NCBI GenBank assembly: GCA_904397815.1
Contig: CAJFOT010000128.1
Span: 6,027 to 70,026 of the forward strand
Source of the DNA: Candidatus Paralachnospira sangeri
GTDB lineage: Bacteria > Bacillota > Clostridia > Lachnospirales > Lachnospiraceae
Reading direction: 5' to 3'
Length of the DNA: 64,000 nucleotides
The notes under the pieces were generated by a model that saw only the letters and a list, made by a program, of their open reading frames with translations, was not told the origin of the DNA and made no database searches. A program made the position numbers and the translations under genes. Every line of letters starts with the position of its first letter. Position 1 is the stretch's first letter. Shown here one piece after another: positions 37,758 to 47,288 of the stretch.

Positions 37758-38716
37758 CAGTGAAAGAAAAAAAGCCTCTGGTTATTCTGACAGGTCCTAC
37801 GGCAGTGGGAAAGACGGCTCTGTCCGTCCGGCTGGCCCGGAAGATCGGCGGTGAGATTATCAGCGCGGATTCCATGCAGGTATACAGAGGGATGGATATC
37901 GGCTCCGCGAAGGTGAGCCGGGAGGAGATGGAAGGGATTCCTCATTATCTCATCGATGTGCTGGACCCCAGGGAGCCTTTTCATGTGGCCGGGTTTCAGG
38001 AGATGGCGAGGGAGGCCATGGAAAAAATCTATGCCGCCGGCCATATTCCTGTGATTGTGGGAGGCACCGGTTTTTATATCCAGGCGCTGGTGTATGATAT
38101 TGATTTTACGGAGACTGCGGAGGACAGAGGATACCGGGCAGAGCTGGAGCGGACGGCGGAGGAAAAGGGAAACGGCTGGCTTTACCGGCAGCTGGAGGAA
38201 GCGGATCCGGAATATGCCGCCCAGAACCATCCCAATAACCGGAAGCGGATCATTCGGGCGCTGGAGTATATTCATCTGACAGGAGAAAAATTTTCTCTTC
38301 ATAATGAAGAAGAGAGGGGAAAGGAATCCCCCTATCAGTTCGCCTATTTTGTGCTGACCATGGACCGGGACCGGCTGTATCAGCGGATTAATATCCGGAT
38401 CGACCAGATGATGGAAGCCGGTCTGGTAGATGAAGTGCGGAGACTGATGGAGATGGGCTGCCGGCGGGGCATGACCTCTATGCAGGGTCTGGGATATAAG
38501 GAGATTCTGGACTGTCTTGCGGGGGAGACCACTCTGGATGAGGCGGTGGAGATCCTGAAACGGGACACCAGACATTATGCAAAACGGCAGCTGACCTGGT
38601 TCCGGCGGGAACGGGACGTGATCTGGGTAGACAAAGATCAGTTCTCCGGGGATGAGGCGATTCTGGAATTTATAACAGAACAGTTAAAGTGGAAAGGAAT
38701 TATCAAACATGAATAA
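37754..38716 (+). CDS. miaA: tRNA dimethylallyltransferase
   Basis: The P-loop is GPTAVGKT, with SADSMQVYRGMDIGSAK. Its ATGA overlaps the mutL stop. Confidence 0.95.
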   Translation: MTVKEKKPLVILTGPTAVGKTALSVRLARKIGGEIISADSMQVYRGMDIGSAKVSREEMEGIPHYLIDVLDPREPFHVAGFQEMAREAMEKIYAAGHIPVIVGGTGFYIQALVYDIDFTETAEDRGYRAELERTAEEKGNGWLYRQLEEADPEYAAQNHPNNRKRIIRALEYIHLTGEKFSLHNEEERGKESPYQFAYFVLTMDRDRLYQRINIRIDQMMEAGLVDEVRRLMEMGCRRGMTSMQGLGYKEILDCLAGETTLDEAVEILKRDTRHYAKRQLTWFRRERDVIWVDKDQFSGDEAILEFITEQLKWKGIIKHE

Positions 38717-40007
38717 AGAGCTGATGGAGATGTACCTTCAGCTGGGTCTGAGCCCGGCGGTTATCCGCATTGGAGAGGAGACAGAACGAAGGCTGGAGGA
38801 ACGTTTTCGGGAGATTGACAGGCGGGCGGAATACAACCAGATGAAGGTGTTAAAAGCCATGCAGGAGTGCCGGGTGAATGCGGGTCATTTTGCTCCTTCC
38901 TCCGGTTACGGTTATAATGACGACGGACGGGACACCTTGGAACAGGTATATGCCAGAACCTTTCACTGTGAGGATGCGCTGGTACGGGCTCAGCTGACCT
39001 GCGGCACCCATGCCCTCCATGTGGCGCTGTCGGCGATTCTGCGTCCTGGTGATGAACTGCTTTCGCCGGTTGGGAAACCATATGACACCCTGGAAGAGGT
39101 GATCGGCATCCGGGAGTCCGCAGGCTCCCTGAAGGAGTTCGGTATTTCCTACCGGCAGGTGGATCTGCTGCCGGACGGGGCATTTGACTATGACAGAATC
39201 CGTGAAGCGATCAGGCCCAACACCCGCATGGTTACGATTCAGCGATCGAAGGGCTATGATTCCCGTCCCACACTGTCTGTAAGCCGGATCGGGGAGCTGA
39301 TCCGCTTTATCAAAGATATTCGCCCGGATATTGTCTGTATGGTAGACAACTGCTATGGAGAATTTGTGGAGACCACAGAGCCCACTGATGTGGGAGCTGA
39401 TATGATCGTCGGTTCTCTGATTAAAAATCCCGGCGGCGGTCTGGCGCCGATCGGCGGCTATATCGCAGGGAAAAAGGAACTGATCGAGCGCTGCGCCTAC
39501 CGTCTGACATCTCCCGGCCTGGGAAAAGAGGTGGGCGCAAGCCTGGGCATCAACCAGACCTTTTATCAGGGATTTTTCATGGCGCCGGTGGTGGTGGCGG
39601 GAGCGCTGAAATCGGCGATTTTTGCTGCCTGCATTTTCGAAGGGCTTGGATTTCCTGTCCTGCCTGACGGAACTGTATCCCGTCATGATATTATCCAGGC
39701 GGTGGAGCTTCAGACACCGGAGAGGCTGATTGCTTTCTGCGAGGGGATTCAGGCGGCTGCCCCCGTGGACAGCTATGTACGGCCTGAACCGTGGGCGATG
39801 CCGGGATATGACTCGGATGTGATCATGGCGGCGGGTGCTTTCGTCCAGGGGTCATCTATTGAACTGAGTGCTGACGGGCCGCTGCGTTCCCCTTATACGG
39901 TATTTTTCCAGGGAGGCCTGACCTGGTATCACGGAAAATTCGGGATTCTGAAGGCGCTGCAGAGAATGGCGGAAGAGGGGCTGGTCGCTCTGCCGGAAAC
40001 TTTGTAA
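38709..40007 (+). CDS. ynbB: Methionine gamma-lyase-family / aluminium-resistance-family PLP protein (YnbB-like)
   Basis: 432 aa. EYNQMKVLKAMQECRVNAGHF...GYGYNDDGRD is typical of the YnbB family. It overlaps the end of miaA by 8 nt. Confidence 0.8.
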   Translation: MNKELMEMYLQLGLSPAVIRIGEETERRLEERFREIDRRAEYNQMKVLKAMQECRVNAGHFAPSSGYGYNDDGRDTLEQVYARTFHCEDALVRAQLTCGTHALHVALSAILRPGDELLSPVGKPYDTLEEVIGIRESAGSLKEFGISYRQVDLLPDGAFDYDRIREAIRPNTRMVTIQRSKGYDSRPTLSVSRIGELIRFIKDIRPDIVCMVDNCYGEFVETTEPTDVGADMIVGSLIKNPGGGLAPIGGYIAGKKELIERCAYRLTSPGLGKEVGASLGINQTFYQGFFMAPVVVAGALKSAIFAACIFEGLGFPVLPDGTVSRHDIIQAVELQTPERLIAFCEGIQAAAPVDSYVRPEPWAMPGYDSDVIMAAGAFVQGSSIELSADGPLRSPYTVFFQGGLTWYHGKFGILKALQRMAEEGLVALPETL

Positions 40008-40067
40008 CAGTTCAGCCATGCAGGCCGCGGACCGCCTGCTTCGGAGGCTATCCGCATGGCTGAACTG
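40004..40067. repeat. Hairpin element containing copy A of a 36-nt dispersed repeat
   Basis: The 14-bp arms are cagttcagccatgc (40008-40021) and gcatggctgaactg (40054-40067). Positions 40004-40039 are 34/36 identical to 62532-62567. Confidence 0.85.
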
Positions 40068-40175
40068 CTACGAAAATTATTTGTAAATTCCATCACAAAT
40101 ATGTACATTGGCAGAATAGTATGTTAGAATATTCTAAATTTGGGTTTATGTAAATATTAAGGAGATTGTTTGGAT

Positions 40176-40430
40176 ATGAAGAAGTCTCGCAGTACCACAG
40201 CGCTGCTGATTCTGCTGTTATGCGGTGTGGTTTTGGGCGGCTTTATCGGAACGCTGGCCAGTGGAATCGGCGCTTTGAGCTGGCTGGATTACGGACAGAC
40301 CTTTGGTCTGACGAATCCGCTGATGCTGGATCTGGGTGTGATGTCCATCACTTTTGGCCTGACGATCCGTATCAGCATCGCCAGTATTTTAGGAGTGGTG
40401 ATTGCCATCCTGATCTATCGGCTGCTGTGA
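40176..40430 (+). CDS. DUF4321-family small membrane protein
   Basis: MKKSRSTTALLILLLCGVVLGGFIGTLA...MLDLGVMSITFGLTIRISIASILGVVIAILIYRLL. The RBS AAGGAG lies upstream. Confidence 0.8.
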   Translation: MKKSRSTTALLILLLCGVVLGGFIGTLASGIGALSWLDYGQTFGLTNPLMLDLGVMSITFGLTIRISIASILGVVIAILIYRLL

Positions 40431-40480
40431 TCTGCCGTCCCCGGCATACCATGTCTGGAGAGCTGCCAGAGGTATATGAT

Positions 40481-41173
40481 ATGTCACATTACAGCATGAA
40501 AGAACTGCCTTTAAAGGAACGCCCATACGAAAGATGTCTTGAGCGGGGGCCGGAAGCGCTCTCTGACGCAGAACTTCTGTCGGTGATTATCCGCACAGGT
40601 GCCCACGGTGAAAATTCCCTGGATCTGGCCCGAAAGGTACTGGGCTTAAGCAGGGAGGGAGAGGGTCTGGCCGCGATTCTCCACCTGTCGGTCCCGGAAC
40701 TCTGTTCACTGAAAGGAATCGGGAAGGTGAAAGCGGTGCAGATTCTGTGTGTCGGGGAATTGTCAAAGCGGATTTCCCAGAGCCGTCGGGAGAAGCAGCT
40801 GATTTTAAATTCGCCCAGTTCCATCGCTGCCTATTATATGGAACGGATGCGCCATCAGGAACAGGAGGAGATGATTGCGGTCTTTTTTAATACGAAAAAC
40901 CGGCTGCTGAAGGATAAGCTGCTAACCAGGGGAACAGTGAACGCTTCTCTGGTTTCTCCAAGGGAGATTTTTATCGAGGCTTTGCGCTATCATGCCGTTT
41001 ACATTGTTCTCCTGCATAATCATCCCAGCGGAAGTCCTGAACCCAGCAAAGAGGATATGCTGGTAACCCAGCGAATTGAACGGTCGGGAGAGATGCTGGG
41101 AATTCGCCTGATCGACCATATTATCATTGGTGATAACCGATATATCAGTTTTAAAGAACGAGGTTTGTTGTAA
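40481..41173 (+). CDS. radC: RadC-family (JAB/MPN domain) protein
   Basis: MKELPLKERPYERCLERGPEALSDAELLSVIIRTG, an HhH region and the JAMM-like motif LLHNHPSGSPEPSKED. The upstream 105 codons of the track ORF overlap the DUF4321 gene and are discarded. Confidence 0.9.
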   Translation: MSHYSMKELPLKERPYERCLERGPEALSDAELLSVIIRTGAHGENSLDLARKVLGLSREGEGLAAILHLSVPELCSLKGIGKVKAVQILCVGELSKRISQSRREKQLILNSPSSIAAYYMERMRHQEQEEMIAVFFNTKNRLLKDKLLTRGTVNASLVSPREIFIEALRYHAVYIVLLHNHPSGSPEPSKEDMLVTQRIERSGEMLGIRLIDHIIIGDNRYISFKERGLL

Positions 41174-42034
41174 ATGAAAGATGGATTTAACTTTAAGATT
41201 CCGGCCAAAATGGTGCTGTTTCTTCTGACACTGCTTTTTGCGGTGCTGATTGCTCTCTCCTTTTTCCAGAGCAGTGTGACAGACGCGCTCAGCAATGGAA
41301 TCAGCGCAGCAGTCCTGCCTATGCAGAAGGGGTTGAATCGGCTGGGCACACAGGTCTTTACTGAGGCAGAAAATCTGGTTTCTCTGAAACATGCTCAGGA
41401 AGAAAATGAGCGTCTCCGGGAGCAGATCGCCGCTCTTCAGGAGGAGAACAGCCTGTCAGAGCAGGAGAGATATGAGCTGGAAACCTATCGGGAGCTCTAT
41501 GATCTGGATCAGGAATACTCTCAGTATGAAAAGGTAGGTGCCCGGGTGATCGGCAAGGATTCCGGCCAGTGGTTCCATTCTTTTCTGATCGACAAGGGCA
41601 GCGAGGACGGTCTGGCAGAGGATATGACTGTTATCGCTCAGGGCGGCCTGGTAGGAGTCATCACGGCGGTTGGACCTCATTCAGCCAGGGTGATGTCTAT
41701 CATTGATGATGAGAGTAATATTACAGCTATGTCTGTGAACAGCAGAGAGAGTTTTATCGTGTCCGGCGATCTGGAGCTGTATGAAGACGGACATCTGCAG
41801 GTGATGTATATTGACCGGGAAAGTGAAATCAGCCCAGGAGACAAAATTGTCACCTCCAATATCAGCAGTGTCTATCTGCCGGGCATCCTGATCGGATATA
41901 TTGATGAAGTATCAGTGGATCCCAACAACATGACCAAATCGGGCACGCTGATACCGGTTGTGGATTTTGAACATTTGGAGACTGTTCTGGTGATTACCAC
42001 ACTGAAAAATACAGGTGATGATATTGTTGAATAG
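41174..42034 (+). CDS. mreC: Rod shape-determining protein MreC
   Basis: 286 aa with an N-terminal TM helix, a coiled coil (ENERLREQIAALQEEN) and beta-barrel domains (VIGKDSGQWFHSFLIDKGSEDG...GLVGVI). Confidence 0.9.
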   Translation: MKDGFNFKIPAKMVLFLLTLLFAVLIALSFFQSSVTDALSNGISAAVLPMQKGLNRLGTQVFTEAENLVSLKHAQEENERLREQIAALQEENSLSEQERYELETYRELYDLDQEYSQYEKVGARVIGKDSGQWFHSFLIDKGSEDGLAEDMTVIAQGGLVGVITAVGPHSARVMSIIDDESNITAMSVNSRESFIVSGDLELYEDGHLQVMYIDRESEISPGDKIVTSNISSVYLPGILIGYIDEVSVDPNNMTKSGTLIPVVDFEHLETVLVITTLKNTGDDIVE

Positions 42035-42052
42035 GAGGCGGTGTATTTTTTG

Positions 42053-42577
42053 ATGAAAGTGAAACGTATCATCGGCATGCTTCTGGTGATTGTGGCCGGT
42101 TTTCTGCTGCAAAGCAGCATTCTTCCGGCGTTTGGCTGGATGAATTATATTCCCAATATACTGGTGATAACAGTCTGTGCGTTCGGACTGACCAGTGGCC
42201 CCTACTACGGTATGCTGGCGGGGGTTCTTTGCGGCCTTCTGATGGACAGTGTTTTTGGGCACCGGATCGGCTATTATTCACTGATTTTCCTGTATATGGG
42301 TTATCTCAACGGCATCTGTCAAAAATATTTCTTTTATGATAACCTGGCTGTCCCGCTGCTGGCCTGCGGCCTCAGCGATTTCGGTCTGGGCTTTTATATT
42401 TTTGTCGTCAGCTTCCTTCTGCGGAACCGGACGAATTTTCCATTTTATATGATGAATATGATTCTGCCGGAACTGGTCAGCACCATCGTGGCCGCGCTGA
42501 TCCTTTTCCGGATTATCGCTTTGATCAACGCAAAAATGACGGAACTGGAAAAAAGGAGATCGACGAAATTTGTTTAA
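42053..42577 (+). CDS. mreD: Rod shape-determining protein MreD
   Basis: A polytopic protein of about 175 aa immediately after mreC. The start is ambiguous (GTG 42041, TTG 42050 or ATG 42053). Confidence 0.8.
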   Translation: MKVKRIIGMLLVIVAGFLLQSSILPAFGWMNYIPNILVITVCAFGLTSGPYYGMLAGVLCGLLMDSVFGHRIGYYSLIFLYMGYLNGICQKYFFYDNLAVPLLACGLSDFGLGFYIFVVSFLLRNRTNFPFYMMNMILPELVSTIVAALILFRIIALINAKMTELEKRRSTKFV

Positions 42578-45437
42578 AGAACTATTGCAGATTGTCACAG
42601 AATTTTTAAAAAACTTTTTTACATCCCGGCTGTTTGTCATTTCTGTTGTGATACTGGGAATGATGGCCACTTTGGCGGTTCACCTGTTTCAGCTCCAGAT
42701 CGTAAACGGAGAATCCTATCAGAATGACTATATCAATCAGACACTGACCAGCGTGGCTGTCGACAGTTCCCGGGGCGTGATCTATGACAGAAACGGAACG
42801 CCGCTGGCCTATAATAAGCTGGCTTATTCCATCACAGTGAAGGAGACAGGGGCTTACAACGGCTATGAGCGAAATCTGATGCTGCTGAATCTGCGGGATA
42901 TTCTGGTGTCCCATGGAGAGGAGATCGTGGCTTCTGTCCCGATTGCTCTGGATGAAAATGGAAATTATGTTTTTACCACCACTTCCGAAAACCGCCGTCT
43001 GGGCTTTTTGCGGGATGTATACGGCCTGCAGAGCGTGGATGAACTGGACGATGAGGAGGAAACCCGGTCTGCCTCTACGGCACAGGATATCGTGGATCTG
43101 CTGGTGGAGCGGTATGGCATCGGCGCTTACGGCTCCAGACCCGAGGATGGTACCTATGAGGTGACCAAAGAGGAAACCCTGGATTTGATTTACATCCGTT
43201 ATTCCATGGCGCTGAATTCCTATCAGCGCTATCTCCCCACAACGGTGGCCCAGGATGTAGACATGACTACAGTGGCCGATGTACTGGAGCATGCCAGTGA
43301 ACTGGAAGGCGTCGAAGTGGAGGAAGACTCCATCAGAGTCTATGAAAATGGTGAGTATTTCGCCAACATCATCGGTTATATCGGTCAGGCTGACAGTGAG
43401 GAACTGGAGGCATTGCAGGGCGATGGAGGTGACTATGTCACCGGGGACCTGATCGGAAAGACGGGGATCGAGGCTACGATGGAGTCTCAGCTGAGAGGCA
43501 CCAAGGGGTCTCAGACCATGTATGTAGACAGCCAGGGTCATATCCTGGAGATCGTGGATGAGGCAGAGCCGGTGGCGGGAAATGACATCTATCTGACTAT
43601 CGACAGTGAAGAAACGATTGCGATTTATAACATCCTGGAGCAGCAGCTGGCCGGGGTGCTGGTGTCGAAAATCGTAAATGAGGATGTTACCATCACACCG
43701 AATATGTCTGCCTCCCAGATGTTTATTCCGGTAAAGGATGTATACTATCAGCTGATCGGCAATAACGTGCTGTCCATTTCCCATTTCAGTGAGGATGACG
43801 CCAGCGAGACAGAGCAGGGAATCTATGCCAAATACCTGGGACGGAAACAGCAGGTGATTCGGGAACTATCGAATACGCTGATGAACGAAAACGCTGTGGC
43901 GATCGCAGAGGAAAGCGAAGAAATGCAGTCTTACATTTCTTATGCTTATAATATGCTGGTGAATAATAATATCTTGGTGCGTGACTGGATTGATACGGAG
44001 GATTCCATGTATCAGGAATGGCAGAATGATACATGCAGCTTCCGGGAGTTTCTTCTCTACGCTCTGACAAATGGCTGGATTGATACCAATGAGCTGGATC
44101 TGGAGGACAGGTATTCCAGTACAGAGGAAACTTTTTCTGCTCTGGTCAGCAAAATGGAGGAAATTCTTGACACGGACTCAGATTTTACCAAACAGATTTA
44201 CCGCTATATGATCGATGACGAAACGCTGACCGGCAGGGAACTGTGTCTGGCTCTTTTTGATCAGGGAGTTCTGGAATATAATGCGGATGATTATCAGAGT
44301 CTGTCTCAGGGGAGCAGCGTAACTGCCTACAATTTTATCAAAGAAAAAATAGCAAATATTGAAATTACGCCGGCTCAGCTGGCGCTGGATCCCTGCTCCG
44401 GGTCAGTGGTGGTGACGGATGTTAATACCGGCCAGGTGCTGGCCATGGTGTCTTATCCGGGGTATGACAATAATCTGCTGATGTCCAGCAGTACTTATTA
44501 TGCTCAGGTCAGCAGCGATGAGTCGCTGCCTCTTTACCCACGTGTGACTCAGACCCGGACGGCGCCAGGATCCATCTTTAAGATGATTACAGCAATCGCC
44601 GGTATGGAAGAAGGGGTGCTTCAGCCCGGGGAGACGATTCAGACCAGAGGAATTTTTACAGAACTGGGTCTGAACCTGCGGTGCCAGGCTTATCCGGGTA
44701 CACACGGCACCATCGGTATTCCAGAAGCACTGCAGCGATCCTGCAACTACTTTTTCTGTGAAGTCGGATATCGGCTATCTCTTGATTCCACCGGTACCTA
44801 CAACGAGACATTGGGCCTGAATACCATCAGGAAATATTCAGAGGACTTCGGTCTGGGACAGAAATCCGGCGTGGAGGTTTACGAAAATGATCCCCATGTA
44901 ACAGATGAAAACCCGATTCCTTCCGCTATCGGACAGGGCTCCCATTCCTATACCAATACCCAGATGAACCGGTATGCTGTTACGCTGGCCACCAGGGGAA
45001 ATGTACTGGATCTGAACCTGATTTCCCATGTCTCCAGCCCTTCCGGCGAACGGCTGGAGACATATGGGACAGAAATCATTAATCAGCTGGATTATTCGGA
45101 AACTTCTTGGGATGTAGTATGGGAAGGCATGAGAAATGTAATCACCGGAGGCTCTTACAATGCGCTGTTTGCAGATCTGCCTGTGACGGTAGCAGGTAAG
45201 ACCGGTACGGCCGAGGAAAGTCTGGTCCGGGCGCCTCATGCGAACTTTATCTGCTTTGCGCCCTATGAGAATCCGGAGATTGCTGTCAGTGTCAGCATTC
45301 CTTACGGTTATACCGCCGCAAACGCAGTGCAGGTGGCGAAGGCGACTCTGGAATACCATTATGGAGTGACTACTCTGGAGGATATTGTGGGTTCCAGCGC
45401 TTCCGGCGGAAATATGGTAGATGAAAATGAAGAATGA
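42570..45437 (+). CDS. mrdA: Penicillin-binding protein 2 (elongation-type class B transpeptidase) with a large internal insertion
   Basis: 955 aa with a TTG start. The TM helix is LFVISVVILGMMATLAVHLF. The transpeptidase motifs are SIFK (SxxK), SCN (SxN) and KTGT. Confidence 0.9.
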   Translation: MFKELLQIVTEFLKNFFTSRLFVISVVILGMMATLAVHLFQLQIVNGESYQNDYINQTLTSVAVDSSRGVIYDRNGTPLAYNKLAYSITVKETGAYNGYERNLMLLNLRDILVSHGEEIVASVPIALDENGNYVFTTTSENRRLGFLRDVYGLQSVDELDDEEETRSASTAQDIVDLLVERYGIGAYGSRPEDGTYEVTKEETLDLIYIRYSMALNSYQRYLPTTVAQDVDMTTVADVLEHASELEGVEVEEDSIRVYENGEYFANIIGYIGQADSEELEALQGDGGDYVTGDLIGKTGIEATMESQLRGTKGSQTMYVDSQGHILEIVDEAEPVAGNDIYLTIDSEETIAIYNILEQQLAGVLVSKIVNEDVTITPNMSASQMFIPVKDVYYQLIGNNVLSISHFSEDDASETEQGIYAKYLGRKQQVIRELSNTLMNENAVAIAEESEEMQSYISYAYNMLVNNNILVRDWIDTEDSMYQEWQNDTCSFREFLLYALTNGWIDTNELDLEDRYSSTEETFSALVSKMEEILDTDSDFTKQIYRYMIDDETLTGRELCLALFDQGVLEYNADDYQSLSQGSSVTAYNFIKEKIANIEITPAQLALDPCSGSVVVTDVNTGQVLAMVSYPGYDNNLLMSSSTYYAQVSSDESLPLYPRVTQTRTAPGSIFKMITAIAGMEEGVLQPGETIQTRGIFTELGLNLRCQAYPGTHGTIGIPEALQRSCNYFFCEVGYRLSLDSTGTYNETLGLNTIRKYSEDFGLGQKSGVEVYENDPHVTDENPIPSAIGQGSHSYTNTQMNRYAVTLATRGNVLDLNLISHVSSPSGERLETYGTEIINQLDYSETSWDVVWEGMRNVITGGSYNALFADLPVTVAGKTGTAEESLVRAPHANFICFAPYENPEIAVSVSIPYGYTAANAVQVAKATLEYHYGVTTLEDIVGSSASGGNMVDENEE

Positions 45438-45448
45438 GGTGAAAGAGT

Positions 45449-46114
45449 ATGAAGCAGTCTGTGATGATAAAAGGAAACGCATACGGAATTACCGTGGTTT
45501 TGGATCCGCAGATTCCCTTTCCGCAGCTGAAAGAGGATGTGTCGGCCAAGTTTCGGGAATCCGCCAGTTTTTTTAAAAATGCGAAAATGGCAGTTTCCTT
45601 TGAGGGCAGACCGCTGACCGATGAAGAGCAGATGGAGCTGGTGGGTGTAATCTCAGACAGCTCTGCGATCCATGTCCTCTGTGTGGTGGATACGGACCGG
45701 GAAAAGGAAGAACTGTTCCGCAGCAAGGTCAGCCGGGTGGAATCGCCGGATTACAATCCGGGACAGTTCTATAAAGGGACGCTGCGGGGCGGCCAGGTTC
45801 TGGAAGCAGAGGGCAGCATTATTATACTGGGGGATGTGAACCCCGGGGGGAAAGTAATCGCCAAAGGCAACATCATCGTGCTGGGCGCTCTGAAGGGAAC
45901 AGCCTATGCGGGCATTTCCGGCAATGACCATGCTTTTGTGGCAGCGCTGGAGATGGACGCCATGCAGATCCGGATCGGCGATGTCATCGCACGCAGCGAT
46001 GATGCCAGGGCTTCCGCCCGCACTTCCACACCGAAGATCGCTTTTGTGGAGGACGGAAATATTTACGTGGAAACAATCTGTAAAGAAGTCATAAATGATA
46101 TAAAATTAATTTAA
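45449..46114 (+). CDS. minC: Septum site-determining protein MinC
   Basis: 221 aa. The C-terminal beta-helix is GSIIILGDVNPGGKVIAKGNIIVLGALKGTAYAG. Confidence 0.9.
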   Translation: MKQSVMIKGNAYGITVVLDPQIPFPQLKEDVSAKFRESASFFKNAKMAVSFEGRPLTDEEQMELVGVISDSSAIHVLCVVDTDREKEELFRSKVSRVESPDYNPGQFYKGTLRGGQVLEAEGSIIILGDVNPGGKVIAKGNIIVLGALKGTAYAGISGNDHAFVAALEMDAMQIRIGDVIARSDDARASARTSTPKIAFVEDGNIYVETICKEVINDIKLI

Positions 46115-46189
46115 AATAACTAGCATTATTTTTTGTTTTCATGTACAATGAAGATGTGAGATTGCATATTATTTTGGGAGGAAATAATC

Positions 46190-46981
46190 ATGAGTGAAGT
46201 TATAGTAGTTACATCAGGCAAAGGCGGTGTGGGAAAGACTACCACCACTGCGAATGTCGGCACCGGGCTTGCGATGATGAATAAGAAAGTGGTGCTGATT
46301 GACACAGATATCGGTTTACGTAATCTGGACGTAGTGATGGGACTGGAAAACCGGATCGTCTACAACCTGGTGGATGTGGTGGAGGGCAACTGCCGCATGA
46401 AACAGGCGCTGATTAAGGACAAGCGCTATGACAACCTGTTTCTGCTGCCGTCCGCACAGACCAGAGATAAAACTGCAGTTTCACCTGAGCAGATGAAAAA
46501 GCTAACCGATGAATTGCGTGAGGAATTTGACTATATTTTACTGGACTGTCCCGCGGGAATCGAGCAGGGATTTAAAAACGCCATAGCGGGCGCTGACCGG
46601 GCACTGATTGTTACGACTCCTGAAGTGGCAGCTATCCGCGATGCCGACCGGATTATTGGTCTGCTGGAAGCCAATGAAATCCACAAGATCGACCTGATTA
46701 TCAACCGTATCCGTATGGAACTGGTGAAACGGGGTGATATGATGACCAATGACGATGTCATTGAGATTCTGGCAGTTTCACTGATCGGCGCTGTACCGGA
46801 TGATGAGAATATTGTTATCGCGGCCAATCAGGGAGAACCGCTGGTGGGCAATGACACATTGGCCGGACAGGCATATATGAACATTGTGCGCCGGGTAATG
46901 GGCGAAGAAGTTCCTTTCCTGGATCTGGACAGCGGCAGCGGCTTTTTTTCCCGCCTGTTAAAACGTCTGGGTGTGAAGTAG
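46190..46981 (+). CDS. minD: Septum site-determining ATPase MinD
   Basis: The deviant Walker A is SGKGGVGKTT, and the C-terminal amphipathic helix is FFSRLLKRLG. Confidence 0.97.
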   Translation: MSEVIVVTSGKGGVGKTTTTANVGTGLAMMNKKVVLIDTDIGLRNLDVVMGLENRIVYNLVDVVEGNCRMKQALIKDKRYDNLFLLPSAQTRDKTAVSPEQMKKLTDELREEFDYILLDCPAGIEQGFKNAIAGADRALIVTTPEVAAIRDADRIIGLLEANEIHKIDLIINRIRMELVKRGDMMTNDDVIEILAVSLIGAVPDDENIVIAANQGEPLVGNDTLAGQAYMNIVRRVMGEEVPFLDLDSGSGFFSRLLKRLGVK

Positions 46982-46997
46982 GCAGAAAGGGGCAGCT

Positions 46998-47264
46998 ATG
47001 AGCATTTTTGATTTATTTAAAAAAAAGAATTCCGGTTCAATTGCCAAGGATCGTCTGAAATTGCTGCTGGTTTCGGACCGGGCCAGCTGTTCTCCTGAAA
47101 TTATGGAGGCAATTAAAAACGATATCATCAATGTGATATCCAAATATATGGAAATTGACGCCGAGGGACTGGATATACAGATTACACAGACTGAATGTGA
47201 AGGGAGCGAAGGAAAGGTACCGGCGCTGTTTGCCAATATTCCGATTAAGGATATCCGGAAATGA
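46998..47264 (+). CDS. minE: Cell division topological specificity factor MinE
   Basis: 88 aa. MSIFDLFKKKNSGSIAKDRLKLLLVSDR is a typical MinE N-terminus. Confidence 0.93.
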   Translation: MSIFDLFKKKNSGSIAKDRLKLLLVSDRASCSPEIMEAIKNDIINVISKYMEIDAEGLDIQITQTECEGSEGKVPALFANIPIKDIRK

Positions 47265-47288
47265 CGGATGCCGGTCAGATGAGAGTGG

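Noticed and set aside
38700-38720. No hfq after miaA, where it sits in many Firmicutes.
   Set aside because: Absence from one locus is not evidence of absence from the genome. The miaA-ynbB overlap looks native.
40166-40480. An N-terminal 105-codon extension of the radC ORF in the track.
   Set aside because: It overlaps the well-supported DUF4321 gene in another frame. The RadC homology begins at MKELPLKERPYERC, and an RBS precedes the ATG at 40481.
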